Source: Octopus vulgaris (taxonomy: Eukaryota). Taken from it: 64,000 nt of DNA. How positions within the stretch are numbered: the first letter of the stretch is position 1; each line of letters opens with the position of its first letter. The stretch spans positions 44,454,001-44,518,000 of the forward strand of contig OX597833.1 of assembly GCA_951406725.2 (NCBI GenBank), in the 5' to 3' direction. This document shows positions 13,122-26,860 of this stretch, one piece after another. Under the pieces are notes generated by a model. It had not been told where the DNA came from and searched no databases. It worked only from the letters and a program-made list of their open reading frames with translations. A program made the position numbers and the translations under genes.

Positions 13122-13779
13122 CTATAAGTAAAAGCAAAGTTAACAAGTAAATGAGAGAAATATACAATTGAAGTTATATAACAATGGTGCAGAAAGAGAT
13201 AACAATATGGAGTCATGAAATTGAAGAAAATGAATGAATGAATTATTTATTTATTTAATTAATTAATGATAGTAGGCTCTCGTAGGCTGAGAACGAAGGT
13301 TTTGCAATATCTTGCTGAACACCCTGCAAAATAATTTGTTTAAAAGTAATCAGAAGTATGTGTCGTACATTAGCTAACTCCATTCATCAAATCGACGTGC
13401 TGTGAATAGGAGTTCGGTATATCACACGTTGGGTGTCGCAGTTATGGAAAAGTAATGTGAGTAGATAGGATTTGCTCAAGAACACAATGCACCACTCAAT
13501 CCAGAAATGGATATCATGATCTTGCGGTCATGACTACGATACCCTAAAATCTAGGCCATGCACCCTTATGTTGAAAACGATAATCAAAGCATGAATGGCA
13601 GCCCAAGCCAAAGGATGTGATAGAAAACGGGAATGCAGAATAAAACGTTGCGTGGGCTTCATACGAAAAAGCAGAAGTCATATAAGTACAAGGTCTGAGG
13701 AAGATCAAATACAAGACAAATGAAATGAAGGAGTTGGCAGAAAGCGAAATGAAATTAAGTAAATCAGTAGAATACGAAC

Positions 13780-13890
13780 AAGAATAAAGCATACAGCAAA
13801 TTATCAATGAAAAGAACAAAAATGAAATCAGCATACAGCAAATGATCAACGAAAAGGTCAAAGGCGAACAAAAATGAAATCAGCATATAT
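13780..13890. repeat. Short imperfect minisatellite (about 36-bp unit) in intron 1 of gene A
   Basis: Repeated agcatacagcaaat...atcaa-gaaaag and aaaatgaaatcagcata. Confidence 0.65.
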
Positions 13891-13989
13891 ATACAAGAAA
13901 ATAAAACAAACGATAGCGATCCAGTATACCATCGAGAAAATAGTATGAAAGTGAAGCTGAATGAGGAAAATACAAGAATGCTAACAGAT

Positions 13990-14723
13990 AATCCATGAGA
14001 GGGTTCAGAATATTTTGCACAATAACGACCGTTTCTGCTCGATGGGTGCCACGTCTTCTAACACCTGATCAAAAGCGACCCAGGAGAATCATATGACCTG
14101 AAAATCTCACATCGTCTCAAGAAGACCGAGCTGATTTCCTTGAATGTTTACTTACCTAGGATGAGTGTTGACTTTATCACTTTGAGCCAGAGACTATGAA
14201 ACAATCCCTGGAGTAGAAATGCCCCTCCTCACCTGCAGCAAAGAAGACCAAAGTCTTTTAATCTACAGGGAAGATGACGGCCTCAGATTTTTGAGATACA
14301 AATGATATTGTGTTTCTTGACTTATCTTCAAAATGGCCACATCAGAAACGGAGAGTTTTATTTCAAAATGCTGACGTAGTTAAGAAAAGTTATCAAGACC
14401 AAACACACATGTCGATTTTGTGTGACTGTGGCTTTGAACTGTTTGATCCCTCCCACTCACAATTCTCCTGGTTTGACCCCAGCAGACTATCCATTGCTTC
14501 CCTGGTATGATGAATGACTAGATTGGGTACTAGTATCGCAGTCTGAACGACCTCATATCTGCTGTTGGATGAAAGCTTCTTCACGAATGGAATCCAAGCA
14601 CTGCAACACCGATGGAGGCAGTGTATGGACTGCAAGAAGGAATACGTTGAGAAATAAACTTCATTTGGTTATTTTCAGTCAGGGTATCTTGATCAGCCTA
14701 TAAATTTTCAGCCGACCATCTTA
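13990..14723 (+). mobile_element. Old Mariner transposon remnant in intron 1 of gene A
   Basis: Decayed ARWVP-like (gctcgatgggtgccacgt) and C-terminal transposase segments; longer paralogous copy at about 36200-37443. Confidence 0.7.
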
Positions 14724-14968
14724 TAGGTACCTCTAATTTAGTGTAAATAAGTACGCGTTATGAGACATTTGCTGACCATTAATGTCAGGAAAGTCAGTGT
14801 TCTACTTCTATAGTCATGTATGCGTATGTGCCTCTGTGTGTGTTTGCGCGCGCGTGTCTAAGCACTTGTCTGGGTGGCACAGAAATACAGAAAGCATGGC
14901 AAATAACCAAGTGAGAAAGATTGTGTGTTGGAGCCAAAAAGAAAATATTTTCTTTAATTTTAACTTAC

Positions 14969-15062
14969 ACTCCCTTTTCTTCATTAACAGTGTAATCATA
15001 GCTGTCAACATCGTTGAAATGAAAATGAGGCCTCCTGTAACAGAAATATGATCAAAAGACAT
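14969..15062 (-). CDS. Two-Ig-like-domain gene, paralog A, exon 1 (hydrophobic leader)
   Basis: ATG at 15062; MSFDHISVTGGLIFISTMLTAMITLLMKKRE then T|gtaagt consensus donor in phase 1, matching exon 2. Joined CDS is 94+321+296 = 711 nt (236 aa). Confidence 0.7.
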
Positions 15063-17017
15063 GTATGATTCAGTTAAAAATTATGGATAAACAGCAAAAG
15101 AGTAAGAAAACTTGATAGAAAGTTGGAAAATATCTAAGCGTGAATAATCAAGTAATGTTTCTTGGCTACAGATAGATACACGCTATTGACGATCCATATT
15201 GATTTAGTCATTCGTTTTGGTATGCACCATACATAAAATGATGCAAGGAAGACTCTTCAATCACTCACACTTGTCAAATTCATGACAGTCAAAACAAAGA
15301 GAGATCGCTACGTAACGCTGAAAATGACAAAGTAATCAATAAGGACATTTAATAATATTAACAACCGTTTCTTAATTGACATTTATTAGTGATTCCTGTA
15401 GTGTTTTTATTAATGCTATCACACCGACACATCTTAATGTTAGCAACGTGGCAGCTGTTGCAGCAAGCAAAAAATATTCAATGAAAATGTCTGATGTTTT
15501 TTTTCTTATTCATGATAATAATTTATTGATATTGCTGTGGTTTCACTAAGTTACTGATAATTTTGGTGTCCTTCTGACATTTCTTTTTCTCTTTTTTTCC
15601 GCTTCGTGATGCTATGGTAATTTCATTTTGGTTTTCTTCCACATTTTGATCGCAATTTGCCACACTCTCATGTATTTATCGACGTTTGATGAGACACAAG
15701 AAGAAAAGACGGAATTTGTCTGATGCCTATAAGTGTACATCTGCCATTTGTGCTCATGTTACGATGTCGTTAGTTGTGGTAGGTTGGCACCCCTGTGGGA
15801 CTTCAAAGTTTCGATAACAGGAGTGGCAAACCCCTTCTCTGTCTTTGTTGCGAATATGAAGCGAGTAATGTTCTTCAAGCTGCTGTTGTGGCTACCTTTC
15901 TCCCTATAGTACCCGTGCGTGACTATCATTTTTGCTTCCACCTCATTGGAGCATAAACACTAAATCTATGCTGTCCTGAAATAGAACTTCAACCCAGTCT
16001 CGTGTTGCTTTCTCAAATGATGGTGCTAACTGATGTGGTGGTCTTGTTGTTGCCTATTAAGTTTATATGGAAGTCATTGTTAATGTTTCCGGTTACATAA
16101 CAGGAGAGACCGCAGACGCGGTGTTTCACCAATTTCTGTTGCAAGCGGAAGAGTATTTCTGGGTTTAATAAGTTCAGAAATATTTCATTGTATTTTGTTG
16201 ATGTAATGTTTGCGTTGTTGCTGTTATTGTTCTTGATGATGTTATTGTTATAGAAACCATCAGGTTCCTCTAAGTCAGACTCAGATGCAAACGTAATGGA
16301 TGATCACGTAAACATCTTTTCGTATACAAACATGCTCTTGTTGTGAGATCATGCACAAATAGAGCATCTGCTACACACAGTACAGACATTCATTTAGGCA
16401 CTGCATATGAGATTTGGATTAGAAAACTGCACCGAAATAACAATCAATGGCAGGAAATAGTTAAGAACACTAATGTTAAGAATTTTGATGTCATTTGATA
16501 AAGGAACGAGGGACATGGAATGACACCAACTAGATTATATTTACTATTAACACAGATATATGGAAATTATGCAACTATAACACTGTGGAATTATAAATAT
16601 AAGTTGTAAAGAACAGAAGAAGGCTAAAATAAATTGCCGAAAGATATGAATACAAAGAAAATATTGTTTTGTATCTTCAATATAAGCAACAATAAGAAAA
16701 TGCATAACAATCATGCAATAGAAAAATGTTAAAATGATGTTCAATACCTGACATTTCTACAGAAAGTGGGAATAGATAGAAGAATGCGAGGACTGTCGAA
16801 GTTTTGAGTGAGGCACAAAATAAAAGCTTTCTTAAATCGAAAATACTAAAATCATGTAATGAAACAGAATGAATTAAATACCTGTGGAATATTTGGATAT
16901 TGGTGAGAGAAAAATTAAATATAGTCGCTAGTAAACACAGATTTAACAAAGACTGAATACAAGAGACGCGACAAACTTGAAATTACGCTTACTGGAAATT
17001 ATATTAACTTCATATAA

Positions 17018-17445
17018 TCCTTTCTATATTGGGCACAAGGCCTGAACTTTTGGTGTGGGAGGGGCTAGTCGATTACATCTTAAATGGTACTTATTTCATC
17101 GACCTCAAAAGGATAATAGGTAAAGTCAACCTAGGTGGAATTTTAACTCAGACCGTAAAAGGACAAAACACTGTGAAGTGTTTTTTGACCGGCGTGCTAA
17201 CGATTTTGCCAGCTCGGTGTCTTATTGATTTTATATGATCCTTACTACTAAAGGTGGAAAATTTGGTGGGAGGAGACAAGTCGATTACATAAACTGCAGT
17301 ATTTCATTGGTACTTGATTTATCGACACCGAAAGAATAAATCACAAAATTTGACCTCGAGGGAATTTGAACTTAGAATGTAGTGACGTGCCAAATACCCC
17401 AAAGCAATTTCGTACAGCGTGCTAACAGTTATGTTAGCTCACAGC
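17018..17445 (-). mobile_element. Two tandem degenerate Meta-domain-like SINEs
   Basis: ggtacttatttcatcgacc...aaagtcaacc motifs like the SINE at 56322-56547; paralogous pair at 42443-42860. Confidence 0.7.
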
Positions 17446-17928
17446 ATTAATGCCTTTATATAATACAAAAATGAGGTGGTGTAAACTTACACCAGAAAAG
17501 CCTCTGCAAAAGAAAAAATCAACAGTCTGGGATGTGTCAGTTCACATAGCCCTGGAGATCAACGTTAATCGACACTGATACATTCAAAGGCTACCAGGAA
17601 AGAAATTGTTTTTTTACAAAAGATACCAGCCTCAACAATAGATAATTCATTTCTAAACGAAATGGAAAAGTGTCCTAAATATACAGATATGAAATAAGGG
17701 ACAACTAGAATGTAAGAGATGAAAATAGAAATAATCGCTATAATAAGATGTCTTAGGAGTGATTTAAAAAGAAATATCAAAAACCTAAGCCAAACTCCAA
17801 ATTTATCAACATACAGAAAATACTCAGGGACGCTTACTCGACAGTGCTGTAGAAATACACAATAAGAATAAATCTGCCGAAAATTAATAGTAATGTAGCT
17901 GAATAACTGTAAGCCAGATAACACTAAC

Positions 17929-18232
17929 CTTTAACCATCTTCCTTGTTCAAGTTCGTTTATAATCTTCCCATGAGCAGACTGCTACAGCTTCGCATGTGG
18001 GGTTTGCTTTCCAACACGTAATAGAGCTTACTTCACCAGAAAATAAATCATTCTCGATACCTTGGATAATTATTAATGGTTTTCACGTATGTTGTCCTTC
18101 GTGACGTATTGTATATGCACAACTCTAACTTCGTTTTGTTGCAGTTTGAAGTCAAAAGAATTATATACCACATATCATCATGTTACAAGTCATCCGAACA
18201 TCAATACCGTCAGCTGGTGTCATTTATAGAAT
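17929..18232 (-). pseudogene. Orphan pseudo-exon P1 homologous to exon 2 of the Ig-like gene
   Basis: Fragments TPADGID, FDFKLQQNEVRVVHIQY and ITCWKANPTCEAVA with frameshifts and stops; donor AAAG|gttagt retained; flanking sequence homologous to introns of A. Confidence 0.85.
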
Positions 18233-18511
18233 CTAAATGAACAATGAAGAGAAACATATATATCAGAGAAATACATAATTGCGCTTATATAACAATGGTT
18301 AAGAAGAAGATATAGTACGGAGAGCAATGGCATTGAAAAGGTGAATGAGTGAATGCCAATTGTAGTCTCTCGCACTCTGAGAAAGAAGGTTCAGCAGTTT
18401 CTTGCTGAAAGACCTGTATAAAGATTTTGTTTATAATGATCAAACGTATGTAATATACTTTTATACCCTTAAAATGTTCGGATATATAATTTAACGAAGT
18501 GGACTTAATAT

Positions 18512-19570
18512 TGTTACGAGGTGGGGGGCATCCGATTCGAACTGTTACGGAAATCTTCACACAGGCCCGTTCCATGCAGCGAATAAGCTACGGAAACTCG
18601 TCGGAGAGAGGAGAGAGAGACACAACCGCAGCAAGGCAACAGAGACACAGAGATACAACCGAGAGATACACCAAAAGAGGCAGGACGGCAACACTGGCTT
18701 ACATTTAACAACCAGTTTATATGACAATCAATTGTTACACATCAAATACATTTAAGGCAAACATTTAAAGGAGGACATGCACGTGACTACTCAATACATC
18801 ATGTTCAATAACAACAGCATTTCAAAGGTACACGTCCGAAGACAACAGTTCTATTTCAAATCACTTCAACAGATAACGTTCACAGTTCTTTTGCAAAACA
18901 CATCACAGATAACGTCACATCAACAAGTCCTTTACTGTTCTTTTCACTGTTCAATACACCAATTCTTTTCACTGTCTCTTTACATCGTGACACGTATCAA
19001 TACATAATCAAATACCTTAATTCCTAATTAGAATCGCCGGTGTCCCATATTGCACTCCATCTCTCTCTCAATTCTGCTAACTCCAGCTTGCCAAGTCCTG
19101 AATCCAGCCGCTTGATCCTAAGGTTCCAACTACTCCCTTTGACTTCCAAAATCCGACTGTCCTTCTTGACGACCGACTACCAACTGCCAAAACCTCACTT
19201 CCTCTCTCTCCTTCCCACTACCCTAATCTCCATCTGCTCTTCTGCTTATAGCCTCTCTCTCTGCCCTGGTCCCTAACTGCCTATGTCTATCGCCCCTCAT
19301 CCTCTATCACTGCCAATATCCTCTCTATCTGCTCTCTGCCCTTACTGCCTATCTCTATCCTCAATCTCCCTTAGCCTTATACCCTATCTCTCTCACTAAT
19401 TTTCTTCCTCTTCTTCAAGGGGTGTCTAGGACGACCTCCAATCGACCGCACAAGGCCAAAAGGTCCCATTAATCTCCCAGTAAACAAAGGACTGTCACTT
19501 TTCTTCCAGACGTGCCGGCGCCACACCCAAAAGTGGGTCAGAAATACTGCACTAGCCAAAATCCATAACA
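18512..19570. mobile_element. Solo LTR (1059 bp)
   Basis: TGTTA...TAACA termini; ATAT target-site duplication at 18508-18511 and 19571-19574; empty site ggacataatatcaatgtc in the paralog near 47030. Confidence 0.85.
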
Positions 19571-19694
19571 ATATCAATGTCTTCACAAGGCGTAATTTAT
19601 ATTTCTCTGTTTACTGAGCGGAAGTTTCAAAAGCACCCTTTGACGTAATTAACGATATAACAATCCGATAAGTCTACACAGATGTGTGTTAATA

Positions 19695-20964
19695 CGAGGG
19701 GCGTTCAATAAGTAATGCCCCTGACCCACGTCCCATAACAGTAGAGCAACGACACTTGGCACAGTTATTAGTCTTTTCCTACATAGGAACTACCCAGAGT
19801 TATGCATTTCTCCCATCGTTTGATACAGCTCTGGAGGCCGTTTTTGTAGAAGACTCCAGCTTGGTCCTCCAACCACGACGTGACTTCAGAAATCAAGGCT
19901 GCATCATCTGGGAAACGCTTTCCTTTCAAAATCAACTTCATGGCTGGGAAGAGGTGAAAATCAGAGGGTGCAAGGGGAGGAGTTCATAGCTGCACGCCTG
20001 TGCTTCTGATCTGGCGACACGCGAGTTGTGGACCGGAGCGTTGTCCTGCAGGAGGAGGATGCCTTTGCTGATCTTGCCCCGCCTCTTTATTTTGATAGCT
20101 TCTATTAATTTCCTCAAAAGTGAAGCATAATAGGCTCCTGTAATTGTGGTACCCTTTGCCAGGAAATCTGTCATCACTACTCCGTCCTGGTCCCAGAAGA
20201 CTGTGAGCATAACCTTGTCAGCGGAGGGCTGCACCCTTGCCTTCTTTGGAGGAGGTGAGTCACGGTGCTTTCACTGCATTCACTGGGCTTTGGTCTATGG
20301 ATCATAGTGATAGACCCAGGTTTTATCCTGTGTGATCAGTCTTTTGAAAAATGTTGACTCATCTTCTTGGCACATCTCCAAATTCATCCTCGAGCACTCA
20401 ACGCGTTCTTGCTTCTGGAAAGGTGTGAGCAACCTGGAAATCCATCTGGCAGACACCTTTTGCATATGTAAATGGTCATGAATGATAGTTTCGACAGACC
20501 CGGTACTAATCTTGACCTTATGGGCTATTTGGCGAATAGTTATGCGTTGACCTTTCAAAATGGCAGCCTCAACTTGACGGACAGACGTCTCATCAACTGC
20601 AGAAGGGGGCGACCAGATCAGGGAGCTGTTTCCACAGAGTTCCGACTATGTTTGAATTCACAATGCCAGCGTTTTACAAGGTCATATGATGGGGCATCAT
20701 CACCATAAGTTACTTTCATTTCATCAAAAGTCTCCCGTGGTGTGCGTCCTTTCAAATACAGAAACCAGATCACTGCTCGACACTCAACAGGCTCCATTTC
20801 ACACTTGACTCAGTTCAAACACCTGTAAATCAGAAACCACAATAAGTTCAGAGCTGTAATTCGCCACTTAATCTATAGAGGTATAAATACGTGCACATGC
20901 AAACTTTCAGCTAGATCAAACAACTGCAAGTGGGTCAGGAACATTACTTATTGAACGCCCCTCG
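19695..20964 (-). mobile_element. Near full-length Mariner (DD34D) transposon with pseudogenised transposase
   Basis: TIRs cgaggggcgttcaataagtaatg; TA TSD; motifs KVSARWI, ITQDKTW, LLQDNAPVH; stops and a deletion near YSPDL; empty site near 47152. Confidence 0.95.
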
Positions 20965-20974
20965 TATCTATCAC

Positions 20975-23225
20975 ATCTCCCTTTTTGAGACTGACTTCTG
21001 CTGGAAGTGAATATTTTTTTCTACACCACATCTTTCTTTTTAGAATTTGTGGTACTACCTCCAACCATTTCGTATGCTTTGTTTTTCCTGTACCGCTACG
21101 CCTTGATTCGACAATTTCTTGTGGAGTCGGCGCATTAAAAATATCGTCGTGGACTTCCATGGATACTTCTTTCCTCGTAAACCTTTCTTCAGCAAACCTT
21201 CTTTTCAGCTGATTTATGTGTTTTATGCTTCCATGTCGAATCTTTCACCATGTTTGTCATTTTACCGACTCGTTTTATTATTTTGCGAAACTGACCTAAT
21301 TTATCTTGCGAACATCAGTGTAGTAGGCGACTCGCCTGAAATAGATATTAGGGCTTCGTATTACACGGTTCAGCTTGTCCGTTCGGTCTTTGGTGACACT
21401 GAGGGTTAGTGACTTGTTCAACTGAGTAGCTCTTGCAAACATTCTTAATTTCATTCGCCATGAATTGTTTAGTTATCGGAGACTATGCTGTCGGGCACAT
21501 CATACCTAACAAGAATTTCATGTTGAAGTTCGTCTGTTACCGTGGAGCTCGGTTTCTCAAATTTATATATTTCTGGCCATTTTGTATAGCAATCTACCAA
21601 TATTAGATAATATGATTGATTTATCGGTCTAGCGAAGTCTAGGTGTGGCCTGGTGCATAGCATATCGGTCTTGGGCCAAGGTTAAAAATTTTTAGGTGGT
21701 GCTTTCGCTGCAAGAGTACAACTTCTGAAGGATGTTACCATCTTCTCAATATCTAGATTCATTTTCGGCTAGTAAACATAACTGCTTTTATATCGTTCAT
21801 AACGGTCTGTATACCTGGTAATAATTCGCAAGGCCCCAAAAATATCTGTAACATTGTAATGTTCGTCGAGAGTGGCATATTATTACACTCACCCTATACG
21901 GGTCTGATCTGCGTCCATTTTCATCAATAATCTACCCTAGATATTTTATTCTTGTCATAAAAAATTCACACTTTTCCCAGCTGAGTTATTTTTTCGAAGG
22001 CCATTTTAAAACACTCAACATTCTGACACCGAGATTCACTTTTATATGAGTATGTCGTCAAGGTATGTCGTTCATAACTTGTTGGAAAATGCCAGGTGCT
22101 AACTTTATACCAAAACGAAGTAGCTTAAATTTATACAGCCCTTTATGAGTATTAATTGTCAATAATTTAGAACATTCATCATCAACTTTTTCATGCAAGT
22201 ATGCTTCCGATAGGTCCAGCATTGAAGAAATTTTCCTCCATTCAAATTCCGGACTTGATAACGAGTAATTTTATGACATCATGTTATGTTGTGCCAGGGG
22301 AGAGTCCTTTTCATTCTGTGCCTTATAATTTACCACACTCACCGGTAAAATTTCCACTAATTTCTTATTTTAATTTTCCCAAAATTTTCGTTGCGTCTTG
22401 CAACCATTTCAATAGTCTTGACTCTCATCAAACATTTATTTAAGCCTCTTAAAAAATCAGCACCTAATCGGATTTTACTTTTTTTCTTGACATATACTGT
22501 TGGGGCAGCCCATTTTGTGTAATCAATTATTTCAATAACGTCAATCTTTTCAAGTCTATCCAATCCTTTTTTGACTTGTTTCAATGCTGTGAAAGGTACA
22601 GCTTGTTTGGGTTTAAATACCGGTATAGCGTTTTCTTTCATTTGATGTTTGCCTCTGTTTTGGAGCAAAGACACAATTCATAAAAAACTTTTTTTTAAGT
22701 CCTCCGATGCTTTGTATGTACTGGCGGAGGACCCAATCCGATTTTGCAAAAAATTTTATGAAAAGATCCCATAAGTTAAATAATTCCATCTAATCAGTTC
22801 CAAATAAATTTGTCATATTTTTCAATGCAAAATATTTTGCTTTCAAGGTTTTCCCACATATCATTTCGCCCTAAAATGCAATTTTTCTTTCCTGGAAAAC
22901 CACGCGCAATTTTCGAACTTTCCTTTAATCTAAGCTTCCCTATTTTCTCCATGTATCTGTAATAATTATCGTGATATCACTGCCCGTACCGAATTGTAAC
23001 TTGATATTTAAGTAAAAGACGTATATTAGTCAACATAACTGGATGCAGACGAAGTTTCATGTGATATATCAGTGTAAGGTTTCCATCAGAATAAGGGATC
23101 TTATTCCAACCTGTTGGATGGCCATTAAATCTACCGCGTTAATACACATTTTCACAGGTTTTGTTTTTCGTCCTGTGGGGTGTCCAACGGAAATCACCCT
23201 CCTTACCAAACCAATTAGGTAAGTC
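20975..23225 (-). mobile_element. Ty3/Gypsy pol remnant (duplicate of 1-1990 plus its 3' extension)
   Basis: HLDFARPIN...LILVDCYTKWPEI...VPDSIVSDN (integrase); PVFKPKQAVPF...WAAPTVYVKK (RT start). Confidence 0.9.
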
Positions 23226-23939
23226 TCCCGGTTTATTCACCGACAGTTGCCCCATGCGACCGGCTGTACTGGGTTGCACCTTACCAGTATCACTAAAAGT
23301 GACCTGGCATAAATATATACACATGCATATATGTATACATACATTCATACATAGATTTATGAGTGCAGGTATACATACCCATGTGGATACATACACTCCT
23401 CTTACTCCTTAACTCTGCTATTTCTTTTACTCTTCTACTCATTTACTTGTATCAGTCATACGGATGCGGCCATGTTTGAGCACCGCCCTATAACGTTGCT
23501 TGAAGAAATCGAAACAAATGATTTTTCTTCGGGAATATTTTGTCGAAACGCTGAGTTATATGAACGTATAGAAATCATCACAAGTTATCAATGATTGTGA
23601 GCAAAACAGGAAATCCACAAACACACACACATGAATGTTTCTACACATTTTCCATCTACAAAACAAACTCATAAACCAATGGCTGAACAGAGTCTATTGA
23701 TTCAAGTCAATTCACTTCTTCTATCAATGCACGTCATGATGACCATTAGATAGCACACACAGAGATTTCGTACTCAGTGGTGAAGGCTTTTATAGACTAA
23801 GTTTAGTGTCCAAGCTAGCCTGCTGGCTAAATGTGCACTTGAATAATGGTCAGAAATCACTCAATATCTCTCTCTCTCTAAATGTGTGTGTGTGTGTGTA
23901 ACCATATATGTATTGCATGTTTGTGCATGTATATTTGTA

Positions 23940-24047
23940 TAATGAGTGTAAGATAAATATTTCAATTACCTGAAGATTGACTGTAACCATAACTCGAATT
24001 ATTACGGATTGGACAGCCATGAAACGATCGTAGTGTTTTACTCATTA
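23940..24047 (+). ncRNA. Type I hammerhead ribozyme motif in a Penelope-type pLTR remnant (about 23930-24175)
   Basis: CTGAAGA at 23970-23976; stem II TGACTGT...ACAGCCA; GAAA at 24021-24024; palindromic stem III ACGATCGT; GTA triplet; distal stem I taatgagt/actcatta. Confidence 0.7.
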
Positions 24048-25723
24048 TCTTTTAGTAAACTTTTAATACTTTTGATATATATTTAAAATAATATAAATTA
24101 ATTAATTTTATGTATTGGCTTAGGTTTTTCATTGTTTGATTTGCATAATAGTGGTTTATCTCCAATTTAATACAATATATATATATATATATAAGTAAAT
24201 ATATGAATATATATGTTGTTCTTCGTTATAACATATTCCACCATGTGCCAGTGCCAGTGACTAGATCGGGAATGCTTCCAAGTGTTTTCGTATTTGTCTG
24301 CCTGCTGAAACGGATCACAGAATAGGTCACAGCAAAGTATTTGTTAAAACATATACAAAGAGGATACTGAGATCCAGTATACATCTGAGAATAAACGTCG
24401 CTTCTTTAAAAAAAATCTAGAAACGACAAAGCATTTTCAAATGCATTTAAACTCAAAGCTTGCAGAAATAGATGAGTGTAACAACCAGGAAGTGTTGTAG
24501 CACAATTGGTTCGACGAGGACGATTCTCAAATTAAACCTCTCCCACAAACTTTGCACAAGAGACACAAGACACGGATTCCGGACTAAAACTCACCAACAC
24601 TAAGATCACTATACATTTTCTCTAGAAAAACTACACAGAAAAAATTGTATGATATGAAAATTTCTTGGAGGGTCAAAAAGCCCAAGAACTTGAACAGGAT
24701 GATAACTCTCCCAAACTTAGAGGAATGTATAACAATCTAAAGGGAGACACAGAACCTTTTTTCTCTAGCGACAGAACAGAAATTAGCAAAGTTGAAATTC
24801 TGGGATAGATGGGTTGAACACTGTAAATTTGTTCTAAATCAAAAATCCACTACCGATCCTGAAATAATCAGTGAAATCACCCTATAACGAAGGATTATGT
24901 GACCATTGTTCGAAAATAATAGTTTGAAAACAATTATGCGAAAACATTTATTCAAAAATCATTTATTCGAATGGAAAATTGTATGAATGAAAATTATTCA
25001 AAAGGACAATTTTACGAAATGTTAATTATTGTAATTTTTATTATTTCATTCAAACAAAAATGATAAAATTAAAAATCAGTACACAAATGATACTTATTTA
25101 ATATACATATATCTTTATCTGCAATGATTAAAAACAATTACGAATGAAACAAATAAATTTGTATAAGAGTATTAAAGAATATACAGTAAATTATAGTTAT
25201 ATAGATTTATTTAACTATATGGTAATTTGATTTTATTTATATTTTATCATAGTTAATTCTAAATTTTAGATTTCTAGTGGATGATATCTTATTGTTTATT
25301 ATTTGTTTCTCTCTTAGAGATTTTATTCTCTTTTTTGCTAAGCTAAAATATATTTGTAGTTTTCATGGATAAAATGTATATTTCCATCTGTTAGTTCTAT
25401 TTCTCTAAGCCACGTATTCACGAGTAAATTTATAAACGCTAAGTAATACGTTTTTCGTTTTGAAACTTTTTAGTTCATAATACACCTTTTGGAGAGATAA
25501 GTAGACATTTTTGTTTGAGATGTTTATTTAATCTATATAAGTATTGATTGTTAAATATGAATTTTTTATTTTTTATTAGTTAATGATAATTTAGATACTT
25601 ACATTTATTTAATCATTATTATTTTATAATTATTATATCTGAAAATATAATCACTGTGATTTTGATTGTACAAATGTTTTGGTATAACTAAAAGCTCTTA
25701 TTATATTTCGAGTACTATTAAAT

Positions 25724-25725
<2 letters not shown>

Positions 25726-25784
<59 letters not shown>

Positions 25785-25790
25785 GAATAA

Positions 25791-25821
<31 letters not shown>

Positions 25822-25940
25822 AAGAAGAAGAAGAAGAAGAAGAAGAAGAAGAAGAAGAAGAAGAAGAAGAAGAAGAAGAAGAAGAAGAAGAAGAAGAAGA
25901 AGAAGAAGAAGAAGAAGAAGAAGAAGAAGAAGAAGAAAGA
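25726..25940. repeat. Compound microsatellite (AAT)n(AAG)n
   Basis: Read directly. Confidence 0.98.
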
Positions 25941-26349
25941 TAATATGTATCTTTTCCGTAAATAAGTTTATAAACGATAAGTTACACGTTTTTACTTTGG
26001 AATTTTTCATTTCTTATATTCAGAGTCATAAATATTTTCGGAATGATATCTATAATATTTATTTAAGTAATAATGGAGTAATTTATTTCTTTATTTATAT
26101 GTTTATTGATTGAAAAAATATGGATTTTTAATTACTATATTTTTTTTACTTATAATTCAGATACGTAACATAATATGAATTTATTATTTAATAATTATTA
26201 TATGTAAGCTAAATCCTAAAACCTGAACATCTGATTTAGGTGTATCTGTCATGTAGATGTTCTTCTCGAGAGCTGATTTCAAGAGGTATCTCATTAAAAT
26301 AAACTCTGTGTCGCAAGATTTCTTCTTGGTCTTCGTATATACAAATGGC

Positions 26350-26860
26350 AAATTATGCTATACAGCTTCCTTCTTACAGAAGATCCATAACAAATATCCA
26401 TAACAAATATCTTTTCATTTTATTACTGCAAAAACTTCATCTTTTTGGAAGATCTCTTGTGCACAGCTTCTAGAATGGCTATCATCAAACACCAGCATTA
26501 CTCCACCATCATATCTGAGTCCCATCGCCCTTGGTAGTGTTCTTCGATTATGTTAACTGTTTGATGAAAGCGTTCACCTTTTTCGTCGCTAACATCACTC
26601 AGATTCTCAGAAAACTCATCCAAGAAACTGAGTAAGTAGTGCAATTTAATGTTCATTCTACATCCAAGTGCTTGCAAACTCAAGAGCAGCTGTTTCACAA
26701 TCTCTTCATATTTGTCACCTTTCCTGTTCCCAAAGAATTCAGCACCACATCATAGAAGCCCACTCTCATTATAGCAGCAAAATGTGGATCCCTGAGGAGT
26801 GTTCTTATTTCATGTCCATCATATATTCCTGCCTTCTTCTCGTCACAGATACTTAGAAAG
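26350..26860 (-). mobile_element. Chapaev3/CMC-like transposase remnant (duplicate of 4740-5240)
   Basis: SDEKGERFHQTVNIIEEHYQGRWD. Confidence 0.7.

Larger units (their letters stand above)
1..21271. repeat. Segmental tandem duplication, unit A (left end lies outside the window)
   Basis: Position 1 (gttttattattttgcgaaactgacc) recurs at 21272. Colinear near-identity runs to about 13400/34896, then lower-identity colinear blocks follow. Confidence 0.95.

Noticed and set aside
13122-13167. Apparent signal peptide MYISLIYLLTLLLLIA at the start of ORF 12736-13167 (and 34622-34667)
   Set aside because: It begins at TTG rather than ATG and is the translated polypyrimidine tract before the ...ttatag acceptor. 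A phase-compatible ATG leader exon exists upstream.
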